Shown one piece after another: positions 1-9,414 of a stretch of DNA of 38,495 bases. The stretch's first letter is position 1. Every line of letters starts with the position of its first letter. The DNA lies in the NCBI GenBank assembly GCA_947627075.1, contig CANQUR010000001.1, forward strand, positions 1 through 38,495. Direction: 5' to 3'. Position numbers and translations under genes: made by a program. The notes beneath the pieces are model-generated. The model was not told the DNA's origin. It searched no databases and worked only from the letters and a program-made list of their open reading frames with translations. This DNA comes from an uncultured Clostridia bacterium (GTDB taxonomy: Bacteria > Bacillota > Clostridia > Christensenellales > Pumilibacteraceae).

Positions 1-461
<461 letters not shown>

Positions 462-462
462 C

Positions 463-1674
463 TTAAATGTCTCCAATATGTCGCGCTGCTGCATATGCCG
501 TCGCCCATGCTATTTGAAGATTAAAACCTCCCGTAAGTGCGTCTACGTCAAGTAATTCTCCTGTGATATAAAGTCCTGACACCAACTTGCTTTCCATTGT
601 TTTCGGATCAATCTCCTTAGTATCCACTCCGCCGCTCGTAACTATCGCATTATCTATTTTATCTAAACTATCAATAGTAAACGTCATATTTTTTAACAGT
701 TTCGCTAATCTTTGTCTTTCTTCCTTGCTTATTGAGTTAATTTTTTTATTCGGATCTATTCCGCTCCTTATTATGACATACATAATAAGGCTTTTAGGCA
801 ATAAATCATCAAGAGAATTCTTAAAATCTTTATTTATTTTGGCATTGAAATCTCGCAATATGCGTCTATCGAGTTCATCCATGCTCAATGCGGGTTTAAG
901 ATCTATGGAAAGCAATTTTTCACCTTCCATTCTGTTTATCATTGATGAAAGAGTTAAAATGCACGGTCCGCTCACCCCATTGTGAGTAAAAAGCATTTCT
1001 CCGAATTGCGAATACTCTTTTTTTTCGCACCGTATTTTCACTTCAACGTTTTTCAATGACAGTCCTTCAAGCAAGGAAACGTCTTCGCTTAAAATAATTG
1101 GACAAAGCGCGGGCATAGGCGGTATTATTTTGTGTCCGAATGCTTTGGCGAATTTATACCCGTCGCCCGTACTGCCCGTCGAAGGATACGACATTCCTCC
1201 TGTCGCGATAACGACAATATCGAAAATTTGCGCCTCGCCGTTTACACGAACAAGAAATCCGTTTTCCGTTTTGGAAACACTTTCCACTCTCGAATCGTAT
1301 TCGATAGCTCCGCCGTGCGCAGTAATAAGTTTCAAAAGCGTCGCAGTTACGTCGCTTGCCTTGTTTGAGGAAGGAAAAACTCGATTGCCCCGTTCAACGG
1401 TACATTTAAGTCCATTCGATTCGAAAAACTCAACCGTCTTTTGGGGAGGAAATGTATTTATCGCACTTATAAGGAATTTATCCCCTCTGATAACCGAAGC
1501 AAGAAACTCGCTTACCGAGCAAAGATTTGTAAAATTGCATCTGCCCTTACCTGTAATATAAATCTTTTTGCCCGCTTTTTCGTTGCGCTCGAAAACGGTT
1601 ACGGAGGCGTATTTACTTATAACGGCGGCTGCAAACAAACCGCTTGCGCCGCCGCCTATTATCGCTACTTTCAT
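463..1674 (-). CDS. NAD(P)/FAD-dependent oxidoreductase, HI0933/YhiN/BaiN-like flavoprotein
   Basis: N-terminal dinucleotide-binding motif VAIIGGGASGLFAA, 403 aa, overall pattern of the HI0933 family. The ATG shares one nucleotide with the upstream stop (TAATG at 1672-1676). Confidence 0.8.
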   Translation of the reverse strand: MKVAIIGGGASGLFAAAVISKYASVTVFERNEKAGKKIYITGKGRCNFTNLCSVSEFLASVIRGDKFLISAINTFPPQKTVEFFESNGLKCTVERGNRVFPSSNKASDVTATLLKLITAHGGAIEYDSRVESVSKTENGFLVRVNGEAQIFDIVVIATGGMSYPSTGSTGDGYKFAKAFGHKIIPPMPALCPIILSEDVSLLEGLSLKNVEVKIRCEKKEYSQFGEMLFTHNGVSGPCILTLSSMINRMEGEKLLSIDLKPALSMDELDRRILRDFNAKINKDFKNSLDDLLPKSLIMYVIIRSGIDPNKKINSISKEERQRLAKLLKNMTFTIDSLDKIDNAIVTSGGVDTKEIDPKTMESKLVSGLYITGELLDVDALTGGFNLQIAWATAYAAARHIGDI

Positions 1675-3071
1675 TATATCGGATGAACCATGTTGTCCTT
1701 GCCGAATATTGTCAAATCTATGCCTTTTTGCTTTGCCAACCTTCTTTGGAAGAACGGAATGGCAAGTTGCGGGAAAAGCGCATACGTGAGAACATCCTCT
1801 TCTTGTTGGATGTACTTGTCGATTTCCTTTCGATAATTATCAAGCTCGGGTTTAAGTCTATCGGCAGGACGGCAAGTGATACGTTCGGCATCTCCTATGA
1901 CTTTTTTGAGGACTTCCTTATTCGGTTCGACAGGCAACTTGCCGTATTCGCCGAGAAGCATACCCTTGGTTTCCTTCGTCGCCATCTTATATCTTTCACC
2001 GCTGATAACGTTAAGCACCGATTGCGTTCCCACAATTTGGCTGGACGGAGTTACAAGCGGAGGATATCCCAGATCCGCACGAACTCTGGGCACTTCTTCG
2101 AGCACCTCGATAAGTCTGTCCTCCGCGCCTTGTTGCTTCAATTGACTTATAAGGTTGGAGAGCATTCCGCCCGGCACTTGATAAATAAGCGCATTTACAT
2201 CGACTTTCAAAACCTTCGGACTTAAAAAGCCGTCTTTTGACAGTCTTTCGGCAACCTTATTAAAGTATTTGGTAAGCTCGTTAAGATCTTCGAGTTTAAT
2301 GCCCGTATCGTACTGCGTACCCTTCAATGTGGCAACAAGCGATTCCGTGGCAGGTTGAGATGTTCCATTGCCAAGCGGAGATAATGCGGTGTCGACAATA
2401 TCACAGCCCGCCTCTATCGCTTTAAGGTTGGTCATGTCACCTGTACCTGCAGTATTATGAGTATGCAAATGAATGGGTAGCTTGATCTTGTCTTTAAGTC
2501 TGCTTACAAGCTCGTAAGCATCATACGGCAAAAGTAAATTTGCCATATCCTTAATACAAATAAGGTCGGCGCCCATGTTTTTGAGTTGCATTGCAAGGTC
2601 CACAAAGTAGTCTATGGTGTGTACCTTACTCGTTGTATAGCTTATGGCAACTTCCACAGTGCCGCCGTATTTTTTAGTGCTGTCAATAGCCTGCTTTACG
2701 TTACGCGGATCGTTGAGCGCATCGAAAATACGAATTATATCGATACCGTTTTTTATCGAAAGTCTGCAAAATTCGTCCACCACGTCGTCGGCATAGTGTT
2801 TGTAACCGAGGATATTTTGTCCTCTGAACAGCATTTGCAATTTTGTATTCGGGATCGCCTTACGTAAAATTCGTAATCTATCCCAAGGATCTTCGTTAAG
2901 GTATCGAAGGCACGAATCAAATGTGGCGCCTCCCCACATTTCCAAAGCGTAATATCCGACCTTGTCGAGCATCGGTGCCGCGGGCAACATTTCATCAAGC
3001 GTCATTCGAGTAGCAGCTTGAGATTGATGTGCGTCACGAAGAATTGTTTCCATTATTTTAACTTTAGCCAT
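1674..3071 (-). CDS. Oxaloacetate decarboxylase alpha / transcarboxylase 5S-like carboxyltransferase subunit, lacking a biotinyl domain
   Basis: MAKVKIMETILRDAHQS..., HLHTHNTAGTG and a C-terminal conserved-carboxylase region typical of OadA/PycB/5S. No AMKM biotinylation motif. Start at 3071 has a GGAGG RBS; the ORF-track start at 3116 is an upstream extension. Confidence 0.8.
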   Translation of the reverse strand: MAKVKIMETILRDAHQSQAATRMTLDEMLPAAPMLDKVGYYALEMWGGATFDSCLRYLNEDPWDRLRILRKAIPNTKLQMLFRGQNILGYKHYADDVVDEFCRLSIKNGIDIIRIFDALNDPRNVKQAIDSTKKYGGTVEVAISYTTSKVHTIDYFVDLAMQLKNMGADLICIKDMANLLLPYDAYELVSRLKDKIKLPIHLHTHNTAGTGDMTNLKAIEAGCDIVDTALSPLGNGTSQPATESLVATLKGTQYDTGIKLEDLNELTKYFNKVAERLSKDGFLSPKVLKVDVNALIYQVPGGMLSNLISQLKQQGAEDRLIEVLEEVPRVRADLGYPPLVTPSSQIVGTQSVLNVISGERYKMATKETKGMLLGEYGKLPVEPNKEVLKKVIGDAERITCRPADRLKPELDNYRKEIDKYIQQEEDVLTYALFPQLAIPFFQRRLAKQKGIDLTIFGKDNMVHPI

Positions 3072-3081
3072 ATTAGCCTCC

Positions 3082-4257
3082 TTAAGCGAAGATTGCAAGC
3101 AATACGCCTGCGGCAACAGCCGAGCCTATAACGCCGGCCACATTTGGTCCCATTGCGTGCATCAATAAATAATTATCCGGTACTTCTTTTTGTCCTACCT
3201 TTTGCGACACACGAGCCGCCATAGGTACAGCGGATACGCCTGCCGAACCGATAAGCGGGTTCATCTTTTCCTTACTGAACAAATTCATGAATTTTACCAT
3301 AAGTATGCCGCCGCAAGTGCCTGCAATAAATGCAACAAGTCCGCCGCCTACTACCGCCAAAGATTTAAGGGTGAGGAACGTCGAGCCTTGCGCTTTTGCG
3401 CCTACGCACACACCAAGCAAAATGGTGATAATATTCATCATTGCATTGCTTGCCGTTTCTTTGAGTCTGTCGGTCACAAGACATTCCTTAAACAAATTGC
3501 CAAGCATGAGCATTCCGAGCAAAGGAAGCGCCGACGGAAGTATTATACCACAAAGCAACGTAACAGCAATGGGGAAAATGATCTTTTCCTTTTTGCTTAC
3601 AGTTCTTAATTGCTTCATGCGGATCTGACGTTCTTTTTTTGTAGTCAAAAGTTTCATAAAAGGCGGCTGAATTATGGGTATAAGCGCCATGTACGAATAT
3701 GCCGCGACCGCAATTATAGGCACATATTCTCCGATCTTACCTGCCGCCAATTCCATCTTTGTCGCGACATAGATCGCCGTAGGTCCGTCTGCACCGCCTA
3801 TCATACCTATTGCCGCCGCAAATTCCGGTTCGACAAGTAAGGCAGCCACTGCAAACGTTAAGAACACGCCTATTTGAGCCGCTCCACCGATAAGTAAACT
3901 TTTGGGATTTGCAATAAGCGGACCGAAGTCGGTCATAGCGCCTATTCCAAGGAAAATAAGCGGCGGATAAATAACCTTTTCCACACCTTGCGATAAAAAG
4001 TACAGCAATCCCGAATGCGCCTCTTTATTATAAAGTTCATTGGACGCCCCGGGAATATTTATAAGTAGCATACCGAAAGCTATGGGCACAAGCAAAAGCG
4101 GTTCGAATTTTTTTGCGATAGCAAGATAAAATAAAATCAACGATATCACTATCATAATGATATTCTTCCAGCCGTCGCCTTGGAACACCATATATAATCC
4201 GGTACTATGCCATAGGTCAATCAGCGTGTTGCCCCAATTTATGGCAGAAATAAACAT
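3082..4257 (-). CDS. Na+-translocating decarboxylase beta subunit (OadB/MmdB/GcdB family integral membrane protein)
   Basis: 391-aa polytopic membrane protein with the conserved pattern of this family (e.g. GIGAMTDFGPL, GGADGPT). RBS GGAGAAAAAATATG. Sits inside a biotin-decarboxylase operon. Confidence 0.85.
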   Translation of the reverse strand: MFISAINWGNTLIDLWHSTGLYMVFQGDGWKNIIMIVISLILFYLAIAKKFEPLLLVPIAFGMLLINIPGASNELYNKEAHSGLLYFLSQGVEKVIYPPLIFLGIGAMTDFGPLIANPKSLLIGGAAQIGVFLTFAVAALLVEPEFAAAIGMIGGADGPTAIYVATKMELAAGKIGEYVPIIAVAAYSYMALIPIIQPPFMKLLTTKKERQIRMKQLRTVSKKEKIIFPIAVTLLCGIILPSALPLLGMLMLGNLFKECLVTDRLKETASNAMMNIITILLGVCVGAKAQGSTFLTLKSLAVVGGGLVAFIAGTCGGILMVKFMNLFSKEKMNPLIGSAGVSAVPMAARVSQKVGQKEVPDNYLLMHAMGPNVAGVIGSAVAAGVLLAIFA

Positions 4258-4270
4258 ATTTTTTCTCCGA

Positions 4271-4627
4271 TTATTTTATAAATGCAAGCTTTGCGCCTGA
4301 ATCAACATTGTCACCTTTTTTAACGGCAAAAGTTATTATTCCGTCGGCTGAAGCCACGATCTCGTTTTCCATTTTCATTGCTTCCAAAATAAGGATCTTT
4401 TCTCCTTTTTTGACAGATGCGCCGTTCGCTACCGAAAGTTCGAGTATTTGTCCGGGCATCGGTGCAACTACTGCGGTGCCACCGCCCTCGACCGTCGGCT
4501 TTACGGGAGTGGGCGCCGCCGTAGCTTTGGGAGCAGCCGTTACAGGTTGTGCGGGTGTATCGCTCCCGACTTCTTCTACTTCTACGTAGTATGCTTTTCC
4601 GTTTACATTGACATTAAATTTACGCAT
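4271..4627 (-). CDS. Biotin carboxyl carrier protein (1.3S / MmdC / GcdC-like)
   Basis: C-terminal biotinyl domain with EAMKMENEI, an Ala/Pro-rich linker (AAPKATAAPTPVKP), 118 aa, RBS GGAGG. Confidence 0.85.
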   Translation of the reverse strand: MRKFNVNVNGKAYYVEVEEVGSDTPAQPVTAAPKATAAPTPVKPTVEGGGTAVVAPMPGQILELSVANGASVKKGEKILILEAMKMENEIVASADGIITFAVKKGDNVDSGAKLAFIK

Positions 4628-4644
4628 GGTAATCCTCCAAAATT

Positions 4645-4968
4645 TCAGTGTATATGTTTGATTTTTTTGATTTTGAACGGTGCAACAACAGTTTCTCCTC
4701 CGTTCTCTTCTTGCATAATTGCGGTGATCGCAGCCGTAATGGCGGCAACGACCTCTTCATCTTCATTATCGATATTTGTCTGCGGAACTTCACTCGTGTT
4801 TTGAGTTTTTTTAGGCTCCTTCTCGATAAGTTTAACGACGTATCTTATTATATAAAGCAATCCTACAAGTATGGATAGTACAGCTATGATTATAAGCATT
4901 CCTATTACCATAAAAAGCAAAGCTTCGGGAAAGCTTATATTTTCCAAACTCGAAAAAAGATATTTCAT
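4645..4968 (-). CDS. OadG/MmdD-family small membrane subunit of the Na+ decarboxylase
   Basis: A single N-terminal TM helix (ALLFMVIGMLIIIAVLSILVGLLYII) followed by an acidic linker and EEVVAAITAAITAIM, the characteristic OadG-family C-terminal motif. Confidence 0.7.
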   Translation of the reverse strand: MKYLFSSLENISFPEALLFMVIGMLIIIAVLSILVGLLYIIRYVVKLIEKEPKKTQNTSEVPQTNIDNEDEEVVAAITAAITAIMQEENGGETVVAPFKIKKIKHIH

Positions 4969-4970
4969 GA

Positions 4971-6326
4971 TTATCTGACTACTCCATACATCATTACGGC
5001 TTCTATCAAATATTGCCTTGTAAGCGACGGCAATATTACGTTATCAAGATATCCGCTTTCGGCAACGACTGTTGCACTGCAATTTTCTTCCGAATATTGC
5101 TTTGCAAATTCCCGCTCGGCTTGCTCTTTATCCTTTGCCTTCGCTATTTCATCAGCATAAAGCAGATCCGCTGTTGCTATGCTGTCGAGCATACCTATAT
5201 AAGCGCTTTCCCAAGCGATCGTATAATCGAAAACTCTCTTTGAAGCAAAAGCGACATAACCTATACCTATCGCTTTGCCGATGATAACAGATATTTTTGC
5301 ATTATCGCAAGCATTATAGCAATAAAGCATATCGCCTATGTCGCGAACAAGCGAATCGTTTTCGGAAGCAAGATTGTTTTCAGCCCCCGCGCAGTCCACC
5401 AAATTAACGATAGGAAGCCCGAAGCTTATGCAAGTTGTAAGGAAGTCGGTTATCTTACTAGCACCTTTTGCCGTAAGTCTGTCGCTTATAGTCGAATTAT
5501 TAGCCACAATTCCCACCGATATACCGTTCAATCTTGCAAAGCCCGTAATAGCTTCCTTTGCATAATCGGGTTTCAATTCCATAAACGAATCTTTGTCGAA
5601 AACCTCTTTTATGATGTCGTCGATCTTGCTATCCGCTTTAAGATTCGAACATACTCTGTTAGCGTCGTCATCGCTGTCGATATCGGGCAACAAAAGATAA
5701 TCGAGTATTTCCACGATCTTATTTTTCAATTCTTCACCATTCTTGACAACGATCGAAACCAATCCGTTTTCGGACGTGAGAACTCCTATATTTCCCACCT
5801 TTGCTTCATCTACTTTAGTGCGTGAAGCTATGATAAGCGGGCTCGAAGTCGCAAGTCTCGCATTGTCAAATGATATACAGCAATCACAATACGACGTAAA
5901 ATAACTTGACATACCGTAGCAATTGCCTTTAAGAACCAAAATCGTAGGAATCGTTCCATATGCCTTGCTCATCGCTTTGATTATGCCGCCATAACCCTCC
6001 ATCGCTTTTATGCCTTCGCCAAAACGAGCACCGGATGTTTCAAGTATTCCAATGACGGGGATATTCATTTTGATCGAATCCTCTATGCATTTGGATATTT
6101 TTTTAGCGCTCTTCTTACCTATACTTCCGGACAAAACATCGAAATTGTTTGCAAAAATGCCGACTTGGATGTCTCCGATAGTAGCAAATCCACTGACAAC
6201 ACCCTCACCTGCAGGTTCTTCCAAAGAAGACTTGCCTTGAACGAGCGTCAGCGTTTCCATAAATGAGCTCTCATCGGTTATAGATTTGATCAAATCATAT
6301 ATTTCCGAATTTTTATTTTTAGCCAT
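4971..6326 (-). CDS. Acyl-CoA carboxyltransferase (MmdA / 12S / propionyl-CoA carboxylase beta-like), short and divergent
   Basis: Two crotonase-like CT halves, with SGARFGEG in the position where I recall GGARIQEG in canonical enzymes, and KISVIIGKAIGIGY where I recall ITRKAYGGAY. Start taken at ATG 6326 (MAKNKNSE, GGAGG RBS) rather than 6458. Confidence 0.75.
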   Translation of the reverse strand: MAKNKNSEIYDLIKSITDESSFMETLTLVQGKSSLEEPAGEGVVSGFATIGDIQVGIFANNFDVLSGSIGKKSAKKISKCIEDSIKMNIPVIGILETSGARFGEGIKAMEGYGGIIKAMSKAYGTIPTILVLKGNCYGMSSYFTSYCDCCISFDNARLATSSPLIIASRTKVDEAKVGNIGVLTSENGLVSIVVKNGEELKNKIVEILDYLLLPDIDSDDDANRVCSNLKADSKIDDIIKEVFDKDSFMELKPDYAKEAITGFARLNGISVGIVANNSTISDRLTAKGASKITDFLTTCISFGLPIVNLVDCAGAENNLASENDSLVRDIGDMLYCYNACDNAKISVIIGKAIGIGYVAFASKRVFDYTIAWESAYIGMLDSIATADLLYADEIAKAKDKEQAEREFAKQYSEENCSATVVAESGYLDNVILPSLTRQYLIEAVMMYGVVR

Positions 6327-6381
6327 TAAAAAGCCTCCGATTATTATTGAAAATTGGGCAACCCCAAACTTCCACCATACA

Positions 6382-6410
6382 ATTATATACATAATAAAAA
6401 TAAAATGCAA
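6382..6410 (-). promoter_or_regulatory. Sigma-A type promoter of the decarboxylase operon
   Basis: Minus strand reads TTGCAT - 17 nt - TATAAT (-35 at 6405-6410, -10 at 6382-6387), about 55 nt upstream of the ATG at 6326. Confidence 0.6.
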
Positions 6411-6467
6411 GCAAAAGAACGGCGCAAAAAATAAAGTTTGAAATTTTTTGGCACACACTTAGAAAAC

Positions 6468-6487
6468 GACGGCTCTATGGAGCCGTC
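6468..6487 (-). terminator. Rho-independent terminator after rluB
   Basis: GACGGCTC-TATG-GAGCCGTC, a perfect 8-bp GC-rich stem 5 nt after the rluB stop, followed on the minus strand by GTTTTCT. Confidence 0.6.
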
Positions 6488-6492
6488 GACAA

Positions 6493-7197
6493 TTAGACCA
6501 ATTTCAAATAATTGATTTCTTCGGGATACAAATCTCTGTATTCACCCCTATTCAATCCGCTGAGTTTGAGATCTCCGATAGCAACTCTTTTCAAAAAAAC
6601 CACTTCTTTATTTATGCTTTCGAACATCCTGCGAACCTGCCTGTTTCTCCCTTCGGATATTACGACCTCAAATCGACTCATTCCATTTTTGAATTCGAGA
6701 AGCTTTATCCTACACTTTTTTGTTTTTTCTCCATCGAGAATAATTCCGTTTCTCAATTTGTTTATGGCTTCATCGTCTACGGCTCCCTCTACTTTTGCAA
6801 TATATGTCTTGGGGATCTCATTGCGTGGATGCGTTATGCGATTTGCCAAATCTCCATCGGTAGTGAGAATCAACAACCCTTCTGAATCATAATCCAATCT
6901 ACCTACGGGAAAAATTCGTTCGTCATGATCCTTTATGAGGTCAAGCACGGTTTTTCTGCCATGTTCGTCACTGGAACTGCATATATATCCTTTGGGCTTA
7001 TTAAGCATGATATAAATATGCTTTTTTATGGGATTGACTTTGTTATCATCCACTGTAACTATATCGCCGTCACGTACATCTGTGCTTAATTCGGTTATGA
7101 TCTTGCCGTTTATTTTTACTCTACCGTCTTTAACAAACAGTTCACATTTTCTGCGACTCGATAAGCCGCATTCGGCAAGATATTTATTTATTCTCAT
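6493..7197 (-). CDS. rluB: 23S rRNA pseudouridine synthase, RsuA/RluB family
   Basis: N-terminal S4 domain (MRINKYLAECGLSSRRKCELFVKDGRVKING) and catalytic motif GRLDYDSEGLLILT. Confidence 0.85.
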   Translation of the reverse strand: MRINKYLAECGLSSRRKCELFVKDGRVKINGKIITELSTDVRDGDIVTVDDNKVNPIKKHIYIMLNKPKGYICSSSDEHGRKTVLDLIKDHDERIFPVGRLDYDSEGLLILTTDGDLANRITHPRNEIPKTYIAKVEGAVDDEAINKLRNGIILDGEKTKKCRIKLLEFKNGMSRFEVVISEGRNRQVRRMFESINKEVVFLKRVAIGDLKLSGLNRGEYRDLYPEEINYLKLV

Positions 7198-7233
7198 TTT
7201 ATTATCCTTCGACCAAATATTTGTCGAAAAAAA

Positions 7234-8397
7234 TTATTTCTTTTTTATTATCCAATATCGAAACGATTTCTTTTCGACACTATCCATAGTAAACAAATCT
7301 TCGGAAAAAAGCAACTTATTTTCAAGGTAAATATGAATTTTTCCTATTCGTTCACCCATTTTCACCGGAGCGGATATTTCATCGGGCAATTCGAATTCAA
7401 AATGCAATTGCCTGATCTCATCTTCGGTCAAAGGATAATGGATTATTGATTCAAGTCCGACATTTACCCTATCTCTTTTACCATTTTTAATTTTTACTGT
7501 TTCCAAAGGAACATTCGTACTTATTATGTCTGACGTAATTAGCTTTTCAAAGCCAATATCCATCAATCTCGAGCATTCCTCGAACATAGGCCCACAATTC
7601 AATACAACACAAATCAATGTAGTACCATTACGTTTTGCAGACGAAACCAAACACCTTCCCGCTTTTTTTGTAAATCCCGTTTTGATTCCGTTTCCGCCAT
7701 CGAACGTAGACAAAATTTTATTTTTATTTACAATTACCCTGCCGTAATCATGATCTTTCCAAGTAGTTTTATATTTTTTTGTGTCCACTATTTCGGCAAA
7801 AATAGGATTACGCATAGCATAAGCGGAAATTAATGCAAGGTCATAAGCCGTAGTATAATGTTCATCATCATGAAGTCCATGAGGATTTACAAAATGCGTA
7901 TTATTTGCGCCGATTTGCTTTGCAAGAGAGTTCATCATTTCGGCAAAGTTTTCAATACTGCCTCCTACGGTGATTGCAAGCGCAACCGCACAATCATTGC
8001 CGGATTGAAGCATTAGTCCATAAAGCAGATCTCTTACACTTAACTTCTCTCCGTGTTGAAGATAAATTGAAGAACCCTCAACACCGACTGCCTCATCGGG
8101 AATAGTTATAGTTTTGTCAAGGCATTTTGTGTGTTCGATGACGGTTATGGCGGTCATAATTTTAGTTGTGCTTGCCATTGGCAACTTCTTATGTGCATCT
8201 TTCTGCATTATAAGTCTGCCGCTATCAAGTTCAAGCATCGCCATACCGCTTGCAGAACATTGGACATCTTTTATCGCCACATCATTTTCAATAGACAATT
8301 CATGATCGTAATCTGCATTTACAAAATAAACCAATCCGCTGCTTATGCACAAAAGTAAAATTATCAATAACGCTATTCTGCGTATAAATATTTTCAT
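7234..8397 (-). CDS. D-alanyl-D-alanine carboxypeptidase (low-MW PBP, DacB/DacF-like)
   Basis: Signal peptide plus SxxK (ASTTKIMT), SxN (QSGND) and KTG (IKTGFT) motifs, with a C-terminal PBP5-like domain. Confidence 0.85.
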   Translation of the reverse strand: MKIFIRRIALLIILLLCISSGLVYFVNADYDHELSIENDVAIKDVQCSASGMAMLELDSGRLIMQKDAHKKLPMASTTKIMTAITVIEHTKCLDKTITIPDEAVGVEGSSIYLQHGEKLSVRDLLYGLMLQSGNDCAVALAITVGGSIENFAEMMNSLAKQIGANNTHFVNPHGLHDDEHYTTAYDLALISAYAMRNPIFAEIVDTKKYKTTWKDHDYGRVIVNKNKILSTFDGGNGIKTGFTKKAGRCLVSSAKRNGTTLICVVLNCGPMFEECSRLMDIGFEKLITSDIISTNVPLETVKIKNGKRDRVNVGLESIIHYPLTEDEIRQLHFEFELPDEISAPVKMGERIGKIHIYLENKLLFSEDLFTMDSVEKKSFRYWIIKKK

Positions 8398-8774
8398 TTT
8401 TTTATCTTGCCCGCTATTGCATCTACTAAATCCGGTGCAATTTCCATCAACTTTTCAAGCGGATTTTTATCGTTGATGTTTATCAATCTTATTCCCTTCC
8501 CGTCGCTAACCAAGAATCCTATCGGTTGCATCGAAACACCTGCGCCGCTTCCGCCGGCAAAAGGAAATTCCTCCTTTTGTTCCGCCGATAAATCGCTGTA
8601 TTCCCCTCCACCGGTCAAAAATCCCATGCTTACTCTGCTTATGGGAATTATGGAAACTCCATCGGCAGTGGTTATGGGAGTTCCTATGACCGTATCGGCG
8701 TCAATAAAGCTTCGTATTTTGACAAGCGCATTGTCCATTAATCTTTCTATAGGACGATCATTTTCCAATATCAT
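8394..8774 (-). CDS. ytfJ: Sporulation protein YtfJ/GerW family
   Basis: GTPITTADGVSIIPISRVSMGFLTGGGEY ... FAGGSGAGVSMQPIGFLV is the YtfJ signature. Start at 8774 has an AAGGAG RBS; the ORF-track start 8825 is an extension. Confidence 0.8.
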   Translation of the reverse strand: MILENDRPIERLMDNALVKIRSFIDADTVIGTPITTADGVSIIPISRVSMGFLTGGGEYSDLSAEQKEEFPFAGGSGAGVSMQPIGFLVSDGKGIRLININDKNPLEKLMEIAPDLVDAIAGKIKK

Positions 8775-9336
8775 TATTGCTTTTCTCCTTTTTACTGAAT
8801 ATAATACCATATATAATGTCCGCAATAGTTATGGAAAATATCCCACTGACTCTCAAAATCAACGACTTATTTTGAAAATTTGCTTTTACTTCACTCATAG
8901 CCTTGAGTCTTTGAGTAGATAAAATGTATAATAATGCGCCTCCGAACAACCATTGTAAAATCGATACGATTATAACCGTTCTAAATGCATCATCTCCTCC
9001 ATATTCGGCATAAGCAACAATCTCAATAATATCGAGATTATAAAACGGATTTGGCAAAGCTTGCTTTATTGCATTCTTCGCGGAATTACGATCCACTTGA
9101 TTCAAATTCAAAGTCGTTATAACTTTATCTTTATTTTTTAGTAACAATCTAAAGGAATCAAAATCGCTCCCTTCAAAAGCGATATCTATATCTATTACCT
9201 TGATACCAAACAGACAGAAAACTATTGAATTTTTTTTACCATATATGTCTATATTCAATCGAACTTCCGAAATTATGGAAAAAGACATAATAAACAAAAA
9301 AATTAACGCTATGCAAATTGCACTCAACATATGCAT
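8758..9336 (-). CDS. Membrane protein, possibly YtfI-like (DUF2953)
   Basis: N-terminal TM segment. Lies immediately upstream of ytfJ and overlaps it by 17 nt, like the ytfI-ytfJ pair in B. subtilis. The family assignment rests on position only. Confidence 0.5.
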   Translation of the reverse strand: MHMLSAICIALIFLFIMSFSIISEVRLNIDIYGKKNSIVFCLFGIKVIDIDIAFEGSDFDSFRLLLKNKDKVITTLNLNQVDRNSAKNAIKQALPNPFYNLDIIEIVAYAEYGGDDAFRTVIIVSILQWLFGGALLYILSTQRLKAMSEVKANFQNKSLILRVSGIFSITIADIIYGIIFSKKEKSNNDIGK

Positions 9337-9414
9337 ATTTTTTGCATTGTATCAAGACTATATACTAAATTTTCAACGCAAAATTTACTGTTTATGATAG
9401 ACATAATCAGTAGA

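Noticed and set aside
6327-6458. A 44-codon hydrophobic N-terminal extension of the carboxyltransferase ORF (MCAKKFQTLFFAPFF...), which could suggest a membrane anchor.
   Set aside because: The extension runs through the predicted -10/-35 promoter and has no RBS. The internal ATG at 6326 has a perfect GGAGG RBS and gives a sensible N-terminus.
7203-7227. A small hairpin TCGACCAAATATTTGTCGA followed by an A-run between dacB-like and rluB, considered as a possible terminator.
   Set aside because: The stem is only 5 bp. On the transcribed (minus) strand the T-run precedes the stem rather than following it, so it does not fit a rho-independent terminator.
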